A stretch of DNA of 11,988 nt. It comes from Escherichia coli. Its GTDB lineage: Bacteria; Pseudomonadota; Gammaproteobacteria; Enterobacterales; Enterobacteriaceae. The DNA lies in assembly GCF_041248615.1 (NCBI RefSeq), contig NZ_CP158424.1. One strand, given 5' to 3'. This document shows, piece by piece, positions 1 through 6,414 of the stretch. The translations under genes and the position numbers were made by a program. The number at the start of each line of letters is the position of its first letter. Within the stretch, counting starts at the first letter, position 1. The notes beneath the pieces are model-generated. The model was not told the DNA's origin, ran no database searches, and worked only from the letters and a program-made list of their open reading frames with translations.

Positions 1-422
1 TACGCACTCAATTCCGGAGGGGGAGTGTAGGGAAGTGCCTGATTTATTTTATGTACGCGCAAAAATGAGATAGCTTTTATTAGATATCATCAGCCCTGTC
101 TGCATCAGTCAGCTCCTTACAGCGTCAGGAGTACTGATGAAGGGGGGAACGTTCCTGCGTTTTTGCAAAGGCAATCCGGCTAGAGGCTTTACTACGCAGA
201 AACATTCCGGACAACTTTTTACCCCAGTGTAACCTGTAGATCAACCAGATTTTGTTGCAGTAAAAATACAGTGGTTTCGCATTTGTAATATTTGTCACAA
301 AAATAACATCAATATGTTGGTTTTCTGTTGATAAATGGTTTGGTCGCTGATTATGATTTCCTTGTACTCCACAGGAGTACAGTCATGTGCATACTAAAAT
401 CCGTGTTTTCGATAAAATTAAG

Positions 423-449
423 GCCGTGATACAGAATCACGGCTTTTTT
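423..449 (+). terminator. Putative rho-independent terminator
   Basis: Hairpin GCCGTGAT (423-430) / loop acaga / ATCACGGC (436-443) followed by T6 (444-449). Read directly from sequence. Confidence 0.5.
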
Positions 450-617
450 CTTGCCTGAAAGGATCATTTACGCTAGAAGAGTTATGAGCGCGTCTCTGGT
501 GTTTGTTGCAGGGATAATATCTAATATGGGGCACCGGAAACGCGCTCTCCCTTCGTATACAGAATGCCCATTAATTTCTTCTTCCTGATTTTCCAGACAT
601 ATATTCTTGTGTAAATT

Positions 618-702
618 AAAAAACAGAGCGTGTTTCTGGTGTGAATTTGTTGGCTACAATGTGCATTGTTGTTCTGTGTTCCAGAAACACGCTTCTTTTT
701 TG
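618..702. repeat. Long inverted repeat with about 41-bp spacer, A-run upstream and T-run downstream
   Basis: Left arm aaaaaaCAGAGCGTGTTTCTGG (618-639) pairs with right arm CCAGAAACACGCTTCttttttg (681-702); 13-bp perfect core AGCGTGTTTCTGG. Could be a large-loop terminator, sRNA structure or protein-binding site. Confidence 0.45.
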
Positions 703-826
703 AGATGCACATCAGTCTGATACAAAGAGGGATGGTTGTATCTGTGTCAGAGTTTTGTTATTTTTTTGTATGCTCAGTTATTGATGGTTAATAATATCAA
801 GAAAATCAGCAAGTTCCTTACGCTAC

Positions 827-851
827 CCCTCTTCAGTAGAGGGTTTTTTTT
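827..851 (+). terminator. Rho-independent terminator
   Basis: Stem CCCTCT (827-832) / loop tcagt / AGAGGG (838-843) followed by T8 (844-851). Confidence 0.6.
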
Positions 852-995
852 ATCTGGTACGCCGTAAAACCCGGTCCTTCAGGGCGTAGAGGATGTCAAA
901 AATTTCTTCGAAAGGTAATACCCGATATCCCGAAGGAATAACAACGAAGAGGATACAGATAAAGACATAATACGGATAAGTCATCAGGAGGAAGT

Positions 996-1133
996 ATGTC
1001 TTGGGTGAAACTGACGGAAGCAGAACGTAAGTGTAGTTGCGATGATTATGCTGCACAGGTTGCACAGTTAAAGTTGTCCGGCAGAGATAAATTGCCACGG
1101 GAAGTTAGAGAAAAGTGCGGGAAAATGTCTTAA
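996..1133 (+). CDS. Candidate small protein (45 aa), unknown function
   Basis: ATG 996 preceded by AGGAGG (986-991); translates MSWVKLTEAERKCSCDDYAAQVAQLKLSGRDKLPREVREKCGKMS, stop TAA 1131-1133. Below the ORF-track length cutoff. A 34-codon ORF (1136-1240) follows 2 nt later in another frame. No homolog recognised. Confidence 0.3.
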   Translation: MSWVKLTEAERKCSCDDYAAQVAQLKLSGRDKLPREVREKCGKMS

Positions 1134-1394
1134 GAATGATTCTGGAAGAACGAAAAGTAAGAAGCGCAAAGGCTATGAGGGCAAAAGAGTATCGTGCCGC
1201 AGCGAATACTTTTACCTGGCAGCCTGTACGGCGCAGGTGAATAGACATTCCCCTGACTCATCCTGCTCCCCTTGGCGGCGAAGGGGATTAATCCCTATCC
1301 TGTAACTTCTATTTTGTGGAATCGAAAACAGCCGAAAATTGTGAAAAAAAACCGTTTCAGTCGTCTCAGTAAGGAAATTCGCTTGTGATTCACC

Positions 1395-1545
1395 TGGATG
1401 CATAGGTATGCATAAGGTTAAAATTTATCAGGCGCGATCGCGGTAGTTTTTCGGGGGGGTTGTTGCCATTTTTACCTGTCTGCTGCCGTGATTGCGCTGA
1501 ATGCATTTCAGCGGTGCGTATAATTAAGGGATTATGGTAAATCCA
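1395..1545 (+). other. cer-like XerCD site-specific recombination site (plasmid multimer resolution) with upstream accessory region
   Basis: Core 1513-1542 GGTGCGTATAA-TTAAGGGA-TTATGGTAAAT matches the ColE1 cer XerC-arm/central-region/XerD-arm organisation as I recall it (one mismatch in the XerC arm). The about 120 bp upstream resembles cer accessory sequence (PepA/ArgR region). Accessory boundary is approximate. Confidence 0.75.
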
Positions 1546-1546
1546 C

Positions 1547-1966
1547 TTACTGTCTTCCCTCGTAGCCATCGAGATAAACCGCAGAAATCGTCTCAGCCAG
1601 CAGCCTGGATTTTTTCGGGGTAAGGTCTTTGCTGCGGTAATCAGTACCCGCAAATTGAGTTGTGCCCCGGAGTGAGTTTAAAAATTCCTGGCTGTGAAAC
1701 TGCTGAATGCGTTGCTGCACATCACTCCGTGATTTTCCTGTCGCTTTATCCTTTGCTCCCATATCCCAGAACTGCCGGAAAAAAGGCACCATCATTCGTG
1801 TTGTGTCGGCCTTCTGGGTGGAAAAGTTAGGATCAAAACCATCGTCTGATGCATAAACGTAATGCCGGGTATGTTGTTCCACACTGCCCTTTGGCGTGCA
1901 GGCTGTCAGGACCGTTGCCGCTGTCAGCAGGGCGATAAGATACAGTGTGCCGCCGGAACGTCTCAT
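1547..1966 (-). CDS. Putative lipoprotein (139 aa), function unknown
   Basis: ATG at 1966 with AAGGAG 7 nt upstream (complement of 1974-1979). N-terminus MRRSGGTLYLIALLTAATVLTAC is a signal peptide with lipobox LTAC. Hydrophilic mature part. Lies immediately downstream of the HTH gene on the same strand. Confidence 0.75.
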   Translation of the reverse strand: MRRSGGTLYLIALLTAATVLTACTPKGSVEQHTRHYVYASDDGFDPNFSTQKADTTRMMVPFFRQFWDMGAKDKATGKSRSDVQQRIQQFHSQEFLNSLRGTTQFAGTDYRSKDLTPKKSRLLAETISAVYLDGYEGRQ

Positions 1967-2049
1967 GAGTGTCTCCTTACCTTTAAATCTTTGTACTCAG
2001 TGACTTATATTTAACCGCTGACTATCTTATCATCACTTGCAGCCGGTGC

Positions 2050-2487
2050 TCACCGGCTGAACAGTCTGGCCCAGAATCCCCGTTTTTTTTCCTGCTCCAG
2101 TGCCTGCCTGAGCTGCTCTATCTCTTTATGTAGCTGTTCCCGTTCGGCTTCTTGGCGCCGGCGTTCCGTATCCTGTGCCTGTTTGTCCTCAAGCATCAGT
2201 GTCAGGCATTGTTTCAGCTCATTCAGCTCCCGGAGAATGCGTTCTGTCTGCTGATCATGTGGATTTTCTGCCTGTCCCACAGTGTGCCTTTCTTGTGTCT
2301 CATTTTGCTTTAATTCGCCGTATGCCCGGATCAGTTCACTGGTTTCAAACTCCCTTCGTCCGTCCTGGCTGGTACGGTAACTGACAAGACCTGAGCGCAT
2401 ATCACGGTAAAACTGTGAACGCGATCTTCCAGTCATTTTCAGTGCGTCCTGGAGTGTGTGCCATGCCATAAAGTTACAGTGTCCCAT
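2050..2487 (-). CDS. Putative DNA-binding protein: AlpA/Xis-like HTH N-terminus with C-terminal coiled coil
   Basis: Segment TLQDALKMTGRSRSQFYRDMRSG has a helix-turn-helix pattern (xTGxSRSxxYR) seen in AlpA/excisionase-type HTH proteins; C-terminal 60 aa is charged heptad-like (EAEREQLHKEIEQLRQALEQEKK). Start uncertain: ATG 2487 or ATG 2469, neither with a strong SD. Divergent from the colicin promoter. Confidence 0.65.
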   Translation of the reverse strand: MGHCNFMAWHTLQDALKMTGRSRSQFYRDMRSGLVSYRTSQDGRREFETSELIRAYGELKQNETQERHTVGQAENPHDQQTERILRELNELKQCLTLMLEDKQAQDTERRRQEAEREQLHKEIEQLRQALEQEKKRGFWARLFSR

Positions 2488-2635
2488 AGGTGTCTCATCT
2501 CATGGTTTCAGTAAAACATAATGAGGTCTGAGAACGGTAATGTTTGCGCCGGTTTTTGTGGTATCCGGCGGGAATAGCGCGTGGTGTGAGAGACTGTTTT
2601 TTTGATCGTTTTCACAAAAATGGAAGTCCACAGTC

Positions 2636-2664
2636 TTGACAGGGAAAATGCAGCGGCGTAGCTT
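2636..2664 (+). promoter_or_regulatory. Colicin operon sigma70 promoter
   Basis: TTGACA (2636-2641), 17-bp spacer, TAGCTT (2659-2664). Arrangement and surrounding sequence closely resemble the colicin E1 promoter region as recalled. Confidence 0.75.
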
Positions 2665-2669
2665 TTATA

Positions 2670-2700
2670 CTGTACATAAAACCAGTGGTTATGTGTACAG
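2670..2700 (+). promoter_or_regulatory. Dual overlapping LexA (SOS) operators
   Basis: Box 1 CTGTACATAAAACCAG (2670-2685) fits CTG-N10-CAG; box 2 GTGGTTATGTGTACAG (2685-2700) overlaps by 1 nt. This tandem arrangement immediately downstream of the -10 is typical of colicin promoters. Confidence 0.85.
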
Positions 2701-2745
2701 TATTTGTTTTTAATGGTTTGTTTTAAAAGTCAAAGAGGAATGAAT

Positions 2746-4602
2746 ATGCCGGGGTTTAATTACGGTGGGTATGGTGACGGTACTGGCTGGAGTTCTGAAA
2801 GTGGTGGTCCAGCTCCAGGCGGTGGTATGCATGGAAATAGTGGAGGCCAGCGCGGAGATAACGCAAACAGTAGCAATTCTGTGAGTCAGCAGATTTCTGC
2901 CATTCAGAATGATCAGAAACTTAAACAGAAAGTGGTGAATATGCTGATTGCTGCGAGAAAAATGAATCCTGAAGCAAAAATGATTCTGGGAAGTATTGCT
3001 CCTTCTGGTGTTATGCAGGTCACCATTGAGGGGGTAACCTCCACTCAGGCCAGGCAGCTTGGTTTGGGAGGGCTGGTCATGGGATATAACGCTTCTGGTG
3101 TTATTGGGGCTGTGGGCGAAATAGACACCGGTCACCGCCTTAATGCATCAGGAGCAAGTACTCCCGGAAGCGAAACTTCTGTGGAGAGTTTTGTGAACGG
3201 ACAGAAACCAGCCGGAGAATGGCATGCTGTGGCGAAGGACAGCTGGACAGGGGCTGGTCCAGTGAATGTAGGGCTGGTTAATAACGCCATCAAAAGTGTC
3301 CGGATTATCAAAAAAGGCTATGTGACGGGCGTTCTCACGCCAGAAGAGGTGATGAATAAAGCAGAGTACAAAGCAATGCGGCAGGCTTTCGATTCCCTTC
3401 CACTGGCAAAACAGGGAGAGGCTGTCAGACAGATTGTTGCTGCTTGGAGTCTGGCATATCAGGATTTTCCGGTAAATCTGAAAAAAGAGATGGGGCGTGT
3501 CACTGAACGGATTGTTGATGCTATTAACCTGGCGCTCATTCTTAATCAGACAGAGTCCCGTTTGTCGGAATCACAAAAGAATGTTGATGTAGCGAACCAG
3601 ATTATCAGTGATACAGTAAAAGCTATTAATGATGTAAATAAGAAAATAGCAGAAAAACGAAATCAGCAGGTATCACTGACTGATTTGATGAATAAAAAAC
3701 AAAAAGAGGTCGAAGATCTTAAAAAGATATTCAAAAATCACTCTTATCACCGTATTCGTGATGCCCAGAGGGAATATGATGATGCCCGAAATAAATATGC
3801 TTTACTGGCCAGTGATATTAATGCGCTGCAGGCACAGGTTTCCGGACTGACGGCAAGGAAACAGCAGGCAGAACAGAACAAGGCAGCAGCAGAAAAAGCA
3901 AAGGCAGATGCAGCGGCGAAAGCTGCAGCAGAAAAAGCGGCTGCTGAAGCGAAAGCAAAGGCTGAAGCTGAAAAAGCCAGAAAGGAAGCAGAGGAAAAAG
4001 CAAATGACGAGAAGGCTGTTCTGACAAAAGCCAGTGAAATTATCATCAGTGTTGGTGATAAGGCTGGGGAGTATCTGGGTGATAAATATAAAGTTCTTTC
4101 TCGTGAGATAGCAGATAATATCAAAAACTTTCAGGGCAAAACGATTCGTAGTTATGATGAGGCGATGGCTTCTGTCAATAAACTGATGGCTAATCCTGAT
4201 CTTAAAATTAATGCCGCCGACAGGGATGCAATTGTGAATGCTTGGAAAGCATTTGATGCAGAGGATATGGGGAATAAGTTTGCCGCGCTGGGTAAGACGT
4301 TTAAAGCCGCAGATTATATGATGAAGGCAAACAACGTCCGGGAGAAGAGTATCGAGGGGTATCAGACCGGAAACTGGGGGCCGCTGATGCTGGAGATTGA
4401 GTCCTGGGTATTGAGTGGTATTGCTTCTGCTGTGGCGCTATCATTTTTCTCAGTCGCTGTTGGTTCATTATTTATTACAGCGGGCGTGTCTGTAACGGCT
4501 GTGGGACTTATGGGCATTATTTTTGCTGGCTTTATCGGTGCGCTGATTGATGATGATTTTGTTGATAAGTTAAATAACGAAATTATTCGCCCTGCGTATT
4601 AA
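2746..4602 (+). CDS. Pore-forming colicin, colicin A/U/Y family (618 aa)
   Basis: Track ORF 2704-4602 begins at a TTG; best start is ATG 2746 (GAGG 2735-2738, 7-nt spacer). N-terminus MPGFNYGGYGDGTGWSSE plus Gly-rich segment matches the colicin A translocation-domain start as I recall it. Ala/Lys/Glu-rich helical linker. C-terminal about 200 aa (NFQGKTIRSYDEAMAS ... NWGPLMLEIESWVLSGIAS ... hydrophobic helical hairpin ... NNEIIRPAY) matches the colicin A-subgroup pore-forming domain. Length is close to colicin U/Y. Confidence 0.93.
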   Translation: MPGFNYGGYGDGTGWSSESGGPAPGGGMHGNSGGQRGDNANSSNSVSQQISAIQNDQKLKQKVVNMLIAARKMNPEAKMILGSIAPSGVMQVTIEGVTSTQARQLGLGGLVMGYNASGVIGAVGEIDTGHRLNASGASTPGSETSVESFVNGQKPAGEWHAVAKDSWTGAGPVNVGLVNNAIKSVRIIKKGYVTGVLTPEEVMNKAEYKAMRQAFDSLPLAKQGEAVRQIVAAWSLAYQDFPVNLKKEMGRVTERIVDAINLALILNQTESRLSESQKNVDVANQIISDTVKAINDVNKKIAEKRNQQVSLTDLMNKKQKEVEDLKKIFKNHSYHRIRDAQREYDDARNKYALLASDINALQAQVSGLTARKQQAEQNKAAAEKAKADAAAKAAAEKAAAEAKAKAEAEKARKEAEEKANDEKAVLTKASEIIISVGDKAGEYLGDKYKVLSREIADNIKNFQGKTIRSYDEAMASVNKLMANPDLKINAADRDAIVNAWKAFDAEDMGNKFAALGKTFKAADYMMKANNVREKSIEGYQTGNWGPLMLEIESWVLSGIASAVALSFFSVAVGSLFITAGVSVTAVGLMGIIFAGFIGALIDDDFVDKLNNEIIRPAY

Positions 4603-4611
4603 TTGAGAGTC

Positions 4612-4641
4612 GAAAGGTAGTCAGGAGGACTACCTTTCTTT
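4612..4641. terminator. Bidirectional hairpin terminator between convergent colicin and immunity genes
   Basis: Perfect 11-bp stem GAAAGGTAGTC (4612-4622) / loop AGGAG / GACTACCTTTC (4628-4638) followed by TTT. The immunity stop codon (4630-4632) lies inside the stem. Confidence 0.7.
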
Positions 4642-5154
4642 CCAGAGTTTATATGCTATTACTGGTTGGAGGCAGAGGGCGTAAGTTATGAAAAAAGAGC
4701 AATAATACAGGCAGATATAAAAGATAAGCAAAGTAAGATCGTTCTCAGACATCAATCGAACAGGTCTTCCCGATGTTGTTAACTCGAAGTTATGCCACAA
4801 GAAAAAATAAGCATAAAAAATACACAAAAAGGGGGACAGTATACAAGCTGTTATGATTTTTTTTCTGTCTGTTATTTTGGTGGTTCTTGTGTGTTTGAAT
4901 AGCATGATGAAAGCTATAAATGCTAATAATGGTGCGCTCTTACCGTAGATATCCATCACCTTTGTCATCACAGGGTTATATGAAGAAATTACTGAAGGTA
5001 TATTTTGAGTATTATCGAAAATGATGCGGATTAAATAGAAGTTGGGGTTTGATGTATAAGTTATAAAAATAATAATTAATGGGATTATACCCGCGAAAGT
5101 AATCAAAAAAAGCATCCTGTTTAAATCTTTGTTGTAAGTGTACTCTTTTTGCAT
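4630..5154 (-). CDS. Colicin immunity protein, A-type (four-TM inner-membrane protein, 174 aa)
   Basis: Antisense to the colicin gene, as in pore-forming colicin operons. Several hydrophobic segments. Motifs SSYNPVMTKVMDIY and NFELTTSGRPVRLM match the colicin A immunity protein (Cai) as recalled. GGGAG 10 nt upstream of ATG 5154. Confidence 0.9.
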   Translation of the reverse strand: MQKEYTYNKDLNRMLFLITFAGIIPLIIIFITYTSNPNFYLIRIIFDNTQNIPSVISSYNPVMTKVMDIYGKSAPLLAFIAFIMLFKHTRTTKITDRKKIITACILSPFLCIFYAYFFLWHNFELTTSGRPVRLMSENDLTLLIFYICLYYCSFFITYALCLQPVIAYKLWKER

Positions 5155-5273
5155 TGGTATAATACTCCCGGTTTTTCATTGTTATTAATTTAGTTGTTGA
5201 TATGTATAAGCATATCATGCTGTGCGAGTAATGGTCACCCTAATATTAGGGGTATGAGTTAATGAGGGGATAT

Positions 5274-5414
5274 ATGAAAATGATATTATCAGGAGGGATG
5301 CTTGTCTTGATGGCTTTGCTATCAGGCTGCCAGGCTAATTATATTCGCGATGTTCAGGGAGGGACCGTCGCACCATCCTCCTCTTCTGAACTGACGGGAA
5401 TCGCGGTTCAGTAG
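5274..5414 (+). CDS. Colicin lysis (bacteriocin release) lipoprotein, 46 aa
   Basis: Not in the ORF track (below length cutoff). ATG 5274 with GAGGGG 3 nt upstream. [46 protein letters not shown]: signal peptide, lipobox LSGC, and mature start [14 protein letters not shown] nearly identical to the colicin A lysis protein as recalled. Confidence 0.88.
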   Translation: MKMILSGGMLVLMALLSGCQANYIRDVQGGTVAPSSSSELTGIAVQ

Positions 5415-5422
5415 AAAAGATC

Positions 5423-5449
5423 AAAGGATCTTCTTGAGATCCTTTTTTT
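5423..5449 (+). terminator. Rho-independent terminator after the lysis gene
   Basis: AAAGGATCT (5423-5431) / loop tcttg / AGATCCTTT (5437-5445) with T-run 5443-5449. Same element is found upstream of the RNA II promoter in pMB1-type replicons. Confidence 0.7.
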
Positions 5450-5462
5450 CTGCGCGTAATCT
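5434..5462 (+). promoter_or_regulatory. RNA II (replication primer) promoter
   Basis: TTGAGA (5434-5439), 17-bp spacer, TAATCT (5457-5462); same sequence as the pMB1/ColE1 RNA II promoter. Confidence 0.75.
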
Positions 5463-5469
5463 GCTGCTT

Positions 5470-5579
5470 GCAAACAAAAAAACCACCGCTACCAACGGTG
5501 GTTTGTTTGCCGGATCAAGAGCTACCAACTCTTTTTCCGAAGGTAACTGGCTTGGAGGAGCACAGTCACCAAAACCTGT
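5470..5579 (-). ncRNA. RNAI: RNA I, antisense copy-number and incompatibility regulator
   Basis: Complement of the first about 110 nt of RNA II. Stem-loop 1 (AACCACCGCTACCAACGGTGGTT) is conserved with pMB1; distal stem-loop sequence (5553-5579) diverges. Ends are approximate. Confidence 0.8.
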
Positions 5580-5585
5580 CTTTTC

Positions 5586-5615
5586 AGTTTAGCCTTAACC
5601 GGCTCATAACTTCAA
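5586..5615 (-). promoter_or_regulatory. Putative RNA I promoter
   Basis: On the minus strand: TTGAAG (complement of 5610-5615), 18-bp spacer, TAAACT (complement of 5586-5591), placing the start near 5579. Same layout as the pMB1 RNA I promoter. Confidence 0.5.
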
Positions 5616-5989
5616 GACCAACTCCTCTAAATCAGTTACCAGTGGCTGCTGCCAGTGGCGCTTTGTCGTGTCTTACCGGGTTGGACTCAAGACGATAGTT
5701 ACCGGATAAGGCGCAGCGGTCGGGCTGAACGGGGGGTTCGTGCACACAGCCCAGCTTGGAGCGAACGACCTACACCGAACTGAGATACCAACAGCGTGAG
5801 CTATGAGAAAGCGCCACGCTTCCCGAAGGGAGAAAGGCGGACAGGTATCCGGTAAACGGCAGGGTCGGAACAGGAGAGCGCACGAGGGAGCTTCCAGGGG
5901 GAAACGCCTGGTATCTTTATAGTCCTGTCGGGTTTCGCCACCTCTGACTTGAGCGTCAATTTTTGTGATGCTCGTCAGGGGGGCGGAGC

Positions 5990-6005
5990 CTATGGAAAAA
6001 CGCCA
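5990..6005 (+). other. ori: Origin of replication (RNA-to-DNA transition point), ColE1 type
   Basis: TATGGAAAAACGCCAGC corresponds to the pMB1 primer cleavage and DNA start site. Exact nucleotide not determinable by eye. Confidence 0.65.
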
Positions 6006-6224
6006 GCGGCGCGGCCTTTCGTTGCCCTTTGCCTTTTTGCTCACATGTTCTTTCCGGCCTTATCCCCTGATTCTGTGGATAACCGTATTACTGCCTTTGA
6101 GTGAGCTGGCACCGCTCGCCGCAGCCGAACGACCGAGCGTAGCGAGTCAGTGAGCGAGGAAGCGGAAGAGCGTCGGAAGTTGCATTTTCTCCTTACGCAT
6201 CTGTGCGGCATTTCACATCGGCTA

Positions 6225-6330
6225 TGGTGCACTTTTCATACAATCCGCACTGATGCCGCATGACTAAGCCAGTATACACTCCGCTATCGCTACGTGACTG
6301 GGTCATGGCTGCGCCCCGACACCCGCTAAC
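6225..6330. other. oriT: bom / oriT region (origin of transfer for mobilisation)
   Basis: Near-identity to the pBR322 bom region as recalled (...TAAGCCAGTATACACTCCGCTATCGCTACGTGACTGGGTCATGGCTGCGCCCCGACACC...). Located between ori and rop as in ColE1. Nick site not assigned. Confidence 0.6.
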
Positions 6331-6414
6331 ACCCGCTGAAGCGCCCTGATGGGCTTGTCTGCTCCCGGCATCTGCTCACTGACAAACTGTGACCGTCTCC
6401 GGGAGCTGCATGTG

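Larger units (their letters stand above)
5470..6001 (+). ncRNA. RNAII: RNA II, ColE1-type replication primer precursor
   Basis: Starts at GCAAACAAAAAAACCACCGCTACC... identical to the pMB1 RNA II 5' end. Downstream sequence is collinear with the pMB1 origin region up to GGAGCCTATGGAAAAACGCCAGC (RNase H processing site). The 3' end is approximate. Confidence 0.8.

Noticed and set aside
521-1098. Minus-strand track ORFs 521-712 and 850-1098
   Set aside because: No SD, odd composition (Tyr/Phe/Ile-rich), and they span terminator and inverted-repeat structures; the plus-strand small ORF at 996-1133 with AGGAGG is more credible.
1212-1653. Minus-strand track ORFs 1212-1403 and 1390-1653
   Set aside because: They overlap the cer-like site and its accessory region, which is expected to be non-coding; no translation signals.
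2042-2058. Short hairpin GCCGGTG-ct-CACCGGC as a terminator for the HTH gene
   Set aside because: Overlaps the stop codon, has a very tight loop and no U-tract; and the lipoprotein gene with a strong SD follows, so readthrough is expected.
2175-2384. 69-aa ORF on the plus strand
   Set aside because: Antisense to the HTH coiled-coil gene, which has much better protein-like features; no SD.
3870-4010. Possible tandem repeat or CRISPR-like periodicity in the Ala/Lys/Glu-rich colicin segment
   Set aside because: It is in-frame low-complexity coding sequence of the colicin helical linker; no regular repeat-spacer architecture.
2710-4124. Antisense ORFs inside the colicin gene (2710-3135 -, 3747-4124 -, 3818-4027 -)
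   Set aside because: They lie opposite a well-supported colicin CDS and arise from Gly-rich and Ala/Lys-rich codon repeats; low-complexity products.
5012-5218. 68-aa minus-strand ORF overlapping the immunity gene start
   Set aside because: Alternative frame across the immunity gene start; low-complexity Tyr/Asn-rich product; the immunity frame has family-level support.
5468-6232. Four track ORFs across the replication origin (5468-5698 +, 5673-6044 -, 5965-6153 +, 6041-6232 -)
   Set aside because: The region is collinear with the ColE1/pMB1 RNA II and origin sequence, which is non-coding; the ORFs lack SD sites and have implausible composition.
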